From assembly GCF_964355755.1 (NCBI RefSeq), contig NC_092673.1, positions 28,269,648 to 28,333,647 of the forward strand: DNA of 64,000 nt, in the 5' to 3' direction. Origin of the DNA: Antedon mediterranea. Lineage: Eukaryota > Animalia > Echinodermata. The first letter of the stretch is position 1, and the number at the start of each line of letters is the position of its first letter. Below, in pieces: positions 38,001 through 47,808 of the stretch. The notes under the pieces were generated by a model. That model saw only the letters and a list, made by a program, of their open reading frames with translations, was not told the origin of the DNA and ran no database searches. The position numbers were made by a program, and so were the translations under genes.

Positions 38001-41000
38001 GAAGCAATCTGTGAAAAGTGGAAGTTCGTTGATGATCTTTCACTGGGCGAGGTAGTTAACTCTAATGCAACGTCTACACTACAACATGATGTTGATGATT
38101 TGGTCGAATGGGCAACCATGAACAAATTTCAATTGAACCCATCAAAATGCAAACAACTTAAATTTTGTTTCATGAAGTCGCCACCCTATATGACACCTAT
38201 CAACATAAATGGCTGTGAATTAGAAACAGTTAACTATGCAAAAATATTCGGTGTTTTCATCCAGGATGATTTAAAATTTGATGTCCAGGTTGACCATATC
38301 CTTAGTAATGGAGGAAGACGTCTACACATGCTTAGCCTTTTAAAACAGTTTGGGATTCCTTTTGAAGACCTTGCCCAAGTTTACACCACATATGTTAGAC
38401 CAATTTTCGAGTATGCAATACCAGTATGGCACTCTAGTCTTACTGTTGCGCAGACAAATGCCATAGAGTCCATGCAAAAACGTGCATGTAAGATAATTTT
38501 GGGTAAAGATTACCAAGACTACAACACTTCCCTTAACATTTTGAATATTAAACGACTAGATGAACGCCGCGAAAATATATGTCGTAAATTTGCTACAGAT
38601 TGTATTACATCTAATAAATTCAAGGATTGGTTTATTAGAAATCCTGAGCTTTCTGTTAGACTTAGGAAAAGAAAAGAATTTGTTGAGCCCCTATGTAAAA
38701 CAAACCGATACTATAATAGCCCTAAGCTTTATCTTACACACCTCCTTAATGAGAGATAGATTTTAACTCAGTAAAACTAAAGACATTTTTGAAGACGTAT
38801 AAATAAATTAAACATAATATGTGAATATGTACAAATAAATATAATACTACTGTAAATAACTTAATAACTCCATAATTTTCACATTTTCTAATTTTATCAA
38901 ATTTCATAATCTTGTAAATAAATAATCAATTTCCATATTTCCCTTATTTAATTAAAATGTTTAAATTTGTAGATAAATTTTAGCTAAATTTGTATTTTTA
39001 TGTATTTTTCTTGTGCAATATATTTGATTCCACTTTTATTTGTTCTTTGATTTCTATGTGAACTTTATATACTGTTTTATGCCTGTTTTAAATGTTTTTA
39101 TATTTGTAAGTATCATGTAATTCAGCCATTGGCTGCGATTTTGATATGCAATAAAATGAAATGAAATGAAATGAAATTAATATTATACGCACCAAACTTT
39201 TCACATGTATTTGAAAATGAAATGTCATCAATTGCTATGTCGCCTGCGTAGCCTGAGCCACGCACAGCCTCGATAATAACCTTTAAAAAAAATTATGATG
39301 GTTTATTCATAACATTATTTTCATGAAGACTTTTGAACGTCCAACATGATGATAAAGAGACCAGCCAACCATTTTAAACAAGTTATTAAACTCTTTTTGC
39401 ACTATCTAATTTATGGAACCTTAGTCTTTTTATGCAATATTGGACGAGGGAAGAGATATTATACATTTTGGCATCTAAAGGCCAACCCAGACAGCGTCGT
39501 ACGACGAGGCCCGACCAGTCGTCTCATCGGGAGGAGAGGATTAAACCTGTTTAAAGTTCTTCCGACGACCTAAAAACAACACCCGGCGCTATCACAATTC
39601 AATTAGCACCAACGAATCAAGACGTTTTGTCTGAGTTGACCCGTTAAATAGTTGATATAGTATGATGTATTGTGGAAGATATGTAGACATGCACTAATAC
39701 AAAGATCAATAATTTGGAATTGACATGTTGGTTTATCATCATTACCCCATCATGAAACGTGCAAGCTTTTCATTGCTATTAGTAAGGGCATGTGGTGCAC
39801 TGTGTTGGACGTTCGACTACTGATCGTGAGATCGAAGTTCGAATCCAACTATCGCCGCATTGCTTGTATCCTTAGGCAAGATACTTTACTTACGTTTGCC
39901 TCTCTCCACCCAGGTGTTTAAATGGGAACCCGGTTAGATCAAGACACAACTTTGCGCTGATTACTAGCATTATGGGAGTATGTTTGCATATGTGTTTGAT
40001 CCAAAAAAATTGACTGGAGTAATAATGTTCAGCGCTTAGAGGTTTCACAACATTAGGCGGTATATAAATCCAGGATATTATTATATTAGCAATCAAATTA
40101 AATGCTTTACCTGGAATTTGTAAGTCACATTAAATATTAAGGTTTGTCCTATCCAAGATGATCCTTTAGTTCCGGCTATGCTCCAGATTTCACTTTCACT
40201 TTGATCACTAGCAACGACTACGTAAACGTGTAAAGACCCTATGTGTTGTCCATACATGTTGTAGTAGTACGTCATCTATAACAGAATATACTTTCTAGCA
40301 TTAGTAGGCCTAAAGCATCTAGAAAATGACACAAAAGTCAGGAGGGGAAAAAAGCAAAAGGCTTCCTACTTTCTAAGAGTTTTGTGTGGTTAAGAATATC
40401 AGATAGTCTATATTGTTTTGACAACTCTTAAAGATGTATTTTCCCCCAAAAACATGAAAAATGAATATTAATAAAATCAGACTTTAAATAGGCAATTTTG
40501 CAGTTTTAATAAAGCTATTCACTTCTGTAAAAAAAAAACCAGAAAATAATTATTTCACTTATAAAAAGCCAAACGAAATGGTTAATTTTAACCAAAAACC
40601 ATTGTCTGATAGACAAGTTAAGTATTTTTTGCTTTAAATACATTTTTTTAGATAATTTAAGAAAGTAGAATTCAAGAAAGTAAATTTGTCTCACTCTCAG
40701 AAAAGGAGTTGGAAGAAAAAAAATCATGCATGCATATGGTTTCGTTTTTGATTGGCTAGAATTAATTTGTAGTGGTGTCACACAGAGGTATGTTGTTATA
40801 TGTACGAAATGAAATTATCAAATTTCTTACGGCACATGTAGAATCCAAAGGATCTATAACAGGACTAATTATACGGGCGTTGGCATTAGGATCGACGTTA
40901 GTTGCTTCAATGTACAGATAGTGGCCAGATGATGAACCGTAAGTGTGGTCTCCATATCGAGGACCAGTGTTTGATGAGGCAGTCTGTCCACTCTGCGGTG

Positions 41001-44000
41001 TCCAATTAAAATCATCTGCAGACATTTGTTGCCATTGACATAGTCGACTGTCTGCACTTTCAAAATTACAGGTCAGTGGTTTGGCAGTGCCTGAAAAAAG
41101 TGCGTTTATATTGTTAAAACTTCAGAAAGATAGTGGGTCAGGATTTTAAATAATATCATGTTTGTGCCAACCTAACTAATGTCTCATATTATTTTTGTCA
41201 GTGATTCTCTTTCAGAGAACATGAAAAATAATATTCACATATACTATGTGGTAGTGCCAGTCTGTACCTACTGTAGGTGGTCCTACTACAGGCCTAGCCT
41301 ACATTTGTTCATCTGTATGCTAAGTTCTATAGGCCTACTTCACTACATAAATACTCTTACTTTTTAGCTAGACATAGTATAGTAAATGTGTTGTACTCAC
41401 ACTGTAAACATACAGACAGCAACCAACTAGCCTAACATAAACTAGGGTCTAGCTTAGTAAAAGGTAGGCCTAGCTAGGTAGGCATAGTTATACCCACCCA
41501 GCATGCAGGGCCTAGCTAATTCATCCACTTGCACAATTTCGGACTTTAGTCGCAATTTGATACAAATTGCATAACCATGGACTAAGTATAAATTATTAAT
41601 TCATGCACTTTATTTCAACACAGAAAATAACACACGGAACGAGCTAGTCAAGTAGCCTAACACCACGCGCACAAACCACCACAACATTAACAACCACCAA
41701 AGATAGTTTGCGCACACACGCCCTTCCAGTTAATTCTGATTGGTTAGTAGTTCATTACGATGACGTCAAAATTGTTGCTACGAAAACTATTTAAAAGAAA
41801 ATTTGTGTTAAAAAATTACGTTCGTATATTAACTCCATTAATAGGCTCTGATAAATATATGAACGTATTTTAACCAATGATTTTCGTCGTAAAACAATTT
41901 TGTGGTGGCACAGGTAAAATCTCCGCCATGGTTGAAAAATGAAGACGATCATTGCAGTCACGAGCCGTAAGACATAAATCAACGGACAAAAGAACGGAAG
42001 AAGACACGGTAAAGGCCTAATTATGATTGGGCATAATTGTATGATAATTGTCGAAAATGAATAGCAAAGCAAATATAAGTTAAAAAGTTCTTATTTCTTC
42101 TTTGTTCTTATTGACGTAACAGTTTTAAAAATTATTGTCCCTCTGAAAAATATTTTTTATTTCAAATTTGTTTTTGAATGTGTCATTTTATTGTCACATA
42201 ATACTAGTTAGTTTACCGGAAAAAATGTAATTAAAAGCAAAAAATACTTCAATTGTCTGTCAGACCATGGATAAAAGAATTAGAAGGATATGCATCGACG
42301 GCGACATCAAACGATTTTACAACGCGCTTGCCTATACTAAAGCACTGCTGCCAATCAAACATTGAACTCCGTGTCTCTAACCGCGGCCCTCTGTAGAACG
42401 CTGCGAATCAACTGCTACATTTTTTTAGACCAAAACGTAACCATGTAGAAATCGTATGCGCAGTCTGAATGTTCTATTGACATGTCTGCGTCGATGATTA
42501 ATTGACAACAAAAATGTATTGCTGACGGCTTACGACTGGTAATTTTAAGTAGTTGGTAATATTAATAAAATATGCAATTTTTATATTTGAATTATCATTA
42601 TTTGCCTGCCATCTTCTGTAAAAATTGCGTTAATCTATAGAATATTAAATTATGCATTTGACCATGTATGTTGTTAGCGTGTCCGGTGTCCACACATAGA
42701 ACAATCGTGTTTTTAATATATGGCTAAGCAGTGGTTTCTTCATAAATCTCCTTAATTATCGATGTAATTATATTTAAATTTTAGTGCCTGGTGATTGGCT
42801 AGTGGTTATGTCATCCACATCACATCCAATCACCGGGCATAATTGAATGAAAACAGCGATCCCTGATCCGGGATTGGCTGGCTATGTATAGTTGCGATAC
42901 GTTACACCTAGCGGTCGTTTTGAAAAGTACACGCATGGCAAACTTAATCACGAACAAACGAAGTACCTATTATTATTCACACAAGAAGTAAGACAACGGT
43001 GAGTATATAGATCATGATTACACGTTGTATCTACTGCACTTAATATTAACCAGGCCTACCTAGGCAGTATCAATGTCGGCAAATCATATGGTTTACTAGT
43101 AAGCCTAGAAGGCCAGGCCTAGTATCCTTGCTGATTTTGTAATTTTACATGTAGGCTGAGGGCTGAGACAACAAATAGTTATTGTCTCAGATGTAGGGCT
43201 ACTACAGGTCATAAAATGCTCCTTTAATGTCATAAAAACATTAGCGTAGATCAATCGCGGCAGAAACCTGTACTAATTATTACAATTATAGCATCTACAA
43301 TTCTAAGCCAAACAATAATATAGTATTTTATCTGGTATATTGATGAAGTAAGCCTACACTAGGGTCTTCACAATAACGTACAATGTAATTTAATAACTGT
43401 TTTCAATAAACATTATACTCAGCAGTGGCGTGAGGCAGAGGCCAACAAGGTTAAATGTCGTTGCACATGTGCAGTAAACAATATATTAGGCACGCGACCG
43501 TTTCGTTGTTACCATGCGGTTAATTAAACTGTAACATTGTGACTCGCTAGCTCTGTCGGCGAGAGTCAAGGAACCCTTGATCTCACGTCGATGCATATCC
43601 TTCTATTCTTTAATCCATGGTCAGACAATGGTTTTTGAGTTATAATTAAACGTTTCTTTTCTCTTTTTATAATGTGAATTTTGTTACAGAAGTGAATAAC
43701 TTTGATATGAAACAGACTCAATTTAGTTTATTTTATTGCTAAGGTCAAGTCTGGGGGTCAATTCATCACGCAAGTGTGAAGTATCATATTACAAACAAAA
43801 ACTTTCATGGACTGTTTTGATAATAATTCAATGATTATCTGACAGCGAAATACAGTATTGTCATGGGACTCATAAATACCAGAAATGCAGCTGGTACCTA
43901 TAAATTATAGTCGAGTTTCCAGTTTAGCAAAAATGTCAAAGTGTAGTACTATAACTGCTGCTTGATTTCATCTATTATAAAGGAGTCATCTCGTGTGACG

Positions 44001-44821
44001 TAGCGGGCTAGAACAGCAGCGTGAAAATCATATCCCGTAGTGAAACAAGATTTATTTGTTTTCCTTTCGGTGCATGCAATTAAAGACTTTTTTGTGGAAC
44101 GCGGAAACGATTTTGAAGAAAATGTGTCGCAAAAGTTTAATTTTCCGCAATACTAAATTTTAAACCATTAGGTTTATTTGACGATTTTTGGTGAATGATG
44201 ATTTCATTCATAAATAATCAATGATAAATAAAATATAATCAACAGGCAATTATTGTCAGACGTACGTGTTTTTTTTACTACAAGAGCACAAAGATATATT
44301 TATTGCTTGTACAGTAGTACAATATTCTATTTTCTGCTAAAGTCGGTTTATCAACAGAGAGTACAAACTCGCCAATTATTACAGGATGGATACATAAACT
44401 ATTTTATAATTATCGTGCTTAAAACTAAGTCTCATTTGAGGCTTAGGGAGTGGAGTTGAAAGAGTCATGAGCTAGTTACAACACTGGGTCAGGATTGAAC
44501 CCGGACCTTGAGATTGAGAGGCAAGCACAGCTCCACGTCTCTATAACGGGGATTCGTATAAAGATAGAGCATGATAAATGTAATACGTATACTAAGAGAT
44601 ATATATATTCCCAGGGGCCTAATATATCCCGATAAAAACTCAATGATAAAATATAAGAGTGATAAAAATAATTTATAATTGACGACGCGAGCTAGCACCG
44701 ATGGATTAATAACGTAACATAAAATGATAATAACGGAATGTTTCTTACCATTGACGATATCTGTGAAATAAGATGATAAAAGAAAACAGATGCCACCGAA
44801 GACAACCCGAAAAGCACCCAT
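21046..44821 (-). CDS. Type-I membrane protein: SP-MAM-SRCR-LDLa-MAM-LDLa-MAM-mucin-CUB-like-TM-Tyr motifs-SAM-U-box (~1400 aa, 24 exons)
   Basis: Exons: 44749-44821 (signal peptide); 40831-41090, 40111-40275, 39193-39280 (MAM1, …GDIAIDDI); 37362-37691 (SRCR, GRIDVYINGNWRSICN…ACIQLGY); 36928-37062 (LDLa, CDFANNCGDNSDE); 35415-35552, 35073-35170, 34397-34643 (MAM2); 33657-33791 (LDLa); 33023-33166, 32403-32494, 31695-31868, 31257-31344 (MAM3); 30184-30819 (Thr/Ser-rich); 29552-29674, 25513-25704 (CUB-like, weak); 25056-25182 (TM); 24562-24587; 23716-23871; 23052-23306; 22050-22237 (SAM); 21758-21878 and 21046-21257 (U-box). All junctions are GT-AG and phase-compatible; total 4203 nt. Confidence 0.8.
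22270..22731. mobile_element. Kolobok-like MITE (degenerate copy)
   Basis: Same body as 29205-29516 (ATTGTCCCC…AATAGTTATTCACTTTGACC…GTCAGACAAT…ACATCTTTAA). Confidence 0.6.
24685..24724 (+). other. Penelope-type minimal hammerhead ribozyme motif, degenerate
   Basis: CTC-CCGAGGA-C-GATCAA-AGTATA-TTGATT-GAAACGTC-GAG gives helix I (CTC/GAG), helix II and a palindromic ACGT helix III. The core CUGANGA is altered to CCGAGGA. Confidence 0.5.
25835..26730. repeat. ~34-bp minisatellite (~25866-26600) expanded inside a TA-flanked Tc1/mariner-type MITE
   Basis: Unit CCTATTG(C/A)GGGGACACCCTTATTCAG(G/A)AGACAC(A/C), with 33-bp variants. The enclosing ends are TA|CAGTAA (25833) and TTACTG|TA (26732). Confidence 0.85.
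27623..28516 (+). CDS. Intronless class A (rhodopsin-like) orphan GPCR, 297 aa, nested antisense in an intron of the MAM/U-box receptor gene
   Basis: Seven hydrophobic segments. SLALTD (TM2), ADRYIAL..PLQY (TM3), LW..P (TM4), FAIFYSP (TM6), NPLVY..R.KDFR (TM7/H8). N-terminal glycosylation sequon NTT. Confidence 0.9.
   Translation: MNTTSSTSTFRAPTEILVIIFCLGLYAMITNIIVVITFLSTKTLWRKQNVFIISLALTDVISSGSLAVEIISGFEEQVEPFSLEMFDPALTFFSSGTTSLLTLTAVAADRYIALVYAPLQYDIIVTIKRCIAVCTFLWILPFFFYLYAGLQRTCLVFMTSYFLTFCIVSYLYYNIYKSIKYQHNVIVQQNSQELERSKKLLKTFLILIGVFAIFYSPAFVICILFGVKFYSDLNSQNVSFAYSTLVFATINTLANPLVYWWRLKDFRSVLVGYFHACSQVNLRQRFRQQSNTVIPIN
28555..28790 (+). mobile_element. tRNA-derived SINE with a Deu/Nin-like core (other copies ~21400-21640 -, 23510-23600 -, 31990-32190 +, 32670-32900 -, 33300-33510 -, 48630-48825 -)
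   Basis: A-box GTGGCCGAGCAGTT, B-box GGGTTCGAG. Core GTCTTCTC.GAT.AGGACTATAAAC.GTAGGTCC…TTAAAGAACC…GAGTAGGGG.TTACC.CGGTGT resembles the DeuSINE/Nin domain. Confidence 0.8.
29205..29516. mobile_element. Kolobok-like MITE (further copies ~40432-40680, ~42134-43700 interrupted, ~46010-46110)
   Basis: TTAA|AGATATATTGTCCCC … GGGGAACAATACATCT|TTAG: TIRs with a TTAA-type target. Confidence 0.65.
29732..29892. mobile_element. Harbinger-like MITE, family A (representative; ~19 full or partial copies in the window)
   Basis: TIR AGCTCTGTCTACACTATCAAACT. TSD is TAA here and TTA at 56616-56776. Other copies near 11349, 12010, 13317, 14200, 15494, 24121, 24349, 31367, 32910, 47630, 51921, 54016, 54130, 55209, 57530, 58138, 59084 and 62008. 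Confidence 0.9.
35605..36852. repeat. Intronic 21-bp minisatellite (GATGATGATGTTGACAAC(A/T)AT)n, ~1.25 kb
   Basis: Direct tandem array with a variable number of GAT triplets. Lies between two phase-matched exons of the receptor gene. Confidence 0.97.
37905..39176 (+). mobile_element. 5'-truncated CR1/L2-group LINE (RT C-terminal half, ORF 37908-38759) with a (GAAAT)n tail
   Basis: GVPQGTKLG…IND…KFVDD RT motifs, LNPSKC, YVRPIFEYAIPVW…IESMQKRA. AT-rich 3' UTR ending AATAAAATGAAATGAAATGAAATGAAAT. Confidence 0.9.
39483..39648. mobile_element. Small MITE with imperfect TIRs
   Basis: CAACCCAGACAGCGTC … GACGTTTTGTCTGAGTTG. GC-rich relative to its flanks. Confidence 0.45.
39785..40088 (+). mobile_element. 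CORE-type SINE with an L2-like tail
   Basis: tRNA head with B-box AGTTCGAATCC. CORE-like TCCTTAGGCAAGATACTT…CTCCACCCAGGTGTTTAAATGGG. Tail AGCGCTTAGAG…GCGGTATATAAAT…(ATT)n. Confidence 0.75.
42266..43619. mobile_element. Non-autonomous P-superfamily-like element (1354 bp) nested in a Kolobok-like MITE
   Basis: ~35-bp TIRs CATGGAT(A/T)AAAGAAT(T)AGAAGGATATGCATCGACG. 7-bp TSD GTCAGAC at 42259-42265 and 43620-43626. The host MITE sequence resumes after the TSD. Confidence 0.8.
44375..44540 (-). mobile_element. tRNA-derived SINE, third family (second copy ~63710-63835)
   Basis: The two copies share TAAACTATTTTATAAT.TATCGTGCTTA.AACTAAG.CTCATTTGAG…CAGGATTGAACCC.GACC…ACAGCTCCAC. B-box GGTTCAATCC on the minus strand. 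Confidence 0.6.
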
Positions 44822-47808
44822 GATACGGTACGGATTCTTTCTGTTCGTCGGCGGTGTACGTAATTCGTTCAATTCGAAATATTAGCCACTGAATATTTAA
44901 AACGAATTGCTTCTCATGAACGTCTGTTTAGCGCTCGAAAAACTTATAAACGTTTAAATAGAACATCGTGATTGTCATATAGGCCTACATTAGTATGCAC
45001 AGACTATGTAATCCAAATATTGATGGAAACACCCGTGGAAACACTAGCTACGAAAGCATTGTTTGCTGTCAATGTTGATTGAACTGCTGTCTCTACGTAC
45101 GAATGAAAAATATCCTAGTCTAGTGAACTACTTTAGTTAGTGTATTTATCCTGAAATTTGAGATACGTCAAAATACTCTCAAATGTGGTAACACACTGCG
45201 CATAGGTAGGCAATGATGTCAGCAGGAGGAAGTTCACATTACAAGCTGGTGAGGTGAGAGCTAGTATCACTCTTTCTTCCCTGAGCTACTATACCTAAAC
45301 CAAACAAACATAAAATTGCCTACGCTCGCTCGTAAAGTTTATCATGGTTCACCGCATTTATAAAATGCGTATTGATTAGACGGACACGGGGAAGTCCCTT
45401 CACGAATCTGAAAAACAATTTAAAATCATCACTCCAAACAACACATGAGTGTTAATATAACACTCATCTTCTTGCTTGGAGTGATGATTTGTATTTAATA
45501 GCTTGAATTTGCTTAAAAAACTAAAAATGAAGTTGTAAATAAAGAGAAATGAAACAAATCAGTGATCAAATTGAAAATAATCTTCAATTATTTCAATAGG
45601 CATACTAATTACTATAAAATGCTTCGTAGTAGGCCTAGTGATTTTCTGAATTAATAGGTATATAATAATCAAAAGGGATTGATGATTGTATATAAATGTT
45701 CACGTTTAGCTTTCAGATACAAATACAGCAGCAGGCTACGTTTACACGTATCACTTACGTAAACATTTATCTGAAATTGAACATTATTTATATACGTTAC
45801 TATAGCAACTGTAGAAGGAAGAATGACGCACACCTGGTAATAATAAGGAAACAGCACAACTCGAAGTACAGTATTTTAAAGTTAAAAATGATTCTTTGGA
45901 ATTTCCGAACGGTGAGTTGACCTGGCATTGTATGGTAATTTTGTCCGATGGGACCGAATGCCATAAATAGGCATAATGCAAGAATACAACAAAACATATA
46001 TCTATTGTTTCCGCCCTGAAAAATTGTTTAGAAATGTTTTGAAAGGAAATGTTAGTTTCACATATGACTAATAGTTATTTTTGACTGAAATTTACCGAAA
46101 AAAAAACGTAATTTAAAGAAAAAATATTAAACTAAAAGTTATTAAATGTCAGGTGCGAGCAAACATTATAATTGTTAATACATTCCAATCAATATCGATC
46201 CATAGCTTCGCCTATGTTTCATAATTTTTTGGTATTTTATTTGTGGTACACGATCTTTTAAAAAATAAGCATTTTCTTATCAGTGGGGGATAGTTAATAA
46301 ACATCAAAATCTCTATTCTTTTGTACACACATGTTGTAAATAGAGGCATTTTTAAAAAAAACTATGAAAAATAAACGATTTGGTAAAATATGTTATCAGA
46401 TGACTAAATATAGGTAATATAACTTGTATTTTACGTTTCTGGTGTTTTTATTCAACTTCAGAATTTTATTTTTATGATGCTATAGCAAAAATTATCCACT
46501 GTATACCCATCATCTTTTTTTCACTTTTTAGGGAGTCATTTCTGGTTTTTATTGCAGAATTTTTCCAAATGTTGTATTTGGCCATTTTAAAGGAAATTCG
46601 TGTTTTTTAGTCATTTTTTTCTGTTACACATATTTGATTTATGTACAATTAACCAGATATTATATTTAAAATTCATGCCTGTAACTGAACTTAAAATACA
46701 TTTTTTGACATGAAACCACATAACACACAAATTAAATACTATTTAATTTATCTCATAATAAATTTAATAATAAAAATTACTTTAATTGTGATTAGAAGTA
46801 GAAAAATAACTTTTAAAAGTTAGAAAATAATATATTAATAATCTAATATTATTTTCAAGAAATAAATATACATATACCAAGCTACAATTGAATACATCAA
46901 CATTCTACATCAACAAAGAAAACACCTAAAAAAACATAAAAATTTATTTTAAAATTTAGAAGTAGATCTTAGATTATTATTAATTGGTACCATACATCAT
47001 TATTTTGGATATGCCCTACAACTGCTGTGAAATCTAAGTTTCCCCCTCCCCCACATTTTGAAGATGATTTATGAGATACAATTTAAGCATTCATTATACT
47101 TTTAAAGTATATTGCCATTAGCACATAACACATTATTGCTAACCTTAATTTAGGACAATCTCACTCTCAGGATCCAGGGGATAGCCCCTCCCATCTCTTG
47201 ACAGTTAAATTAAATTATGCTAATTACTAATTTGATGTCTATTTTTCACAGACTATTATTATATGTTAGCACTTAGACATTTAACAAATTTGAAATCCTT
47301 CTTGGACTCCGCCCCACGTAACTCTTGCCGATACAAACATTAAATTGTCCTATTGGTTTTACATTCATTTGTTTATGTATGTATTATATACACTGTACTC
47401 TTGTATTCTTGTATTCATTTCAGTGGAAATGAACATATTTAATTGATATACTACAAGGAGGTTATAAAGTGACACTGAATAATTAATTTATGATGGTTTT
47501 ATCGTAAGTATAATATGGCTCGATGGATCACTTGAACTGCGGTTTGTGATTGGTCAACTCACTTATGTTTAGCCTGCATTGTTGCGTTGCATCCAAGAGG
47601 AAAGAAAGCTTAAGATAAAGTTGTAAATCCCTGTCTACACTATCAAACTTTATGTGACAAAAAATGTGATGTGCCCATATATGGACATGATGATGTCATA
47701 TCACTACCATATTTGGGCATATCACTACCATATTTGGGCACATTACTACCATATTAGTAAATTAGCTTTCTATTCAGGAATGATAATGTCGATAATTCTA
47801 CAATTATT

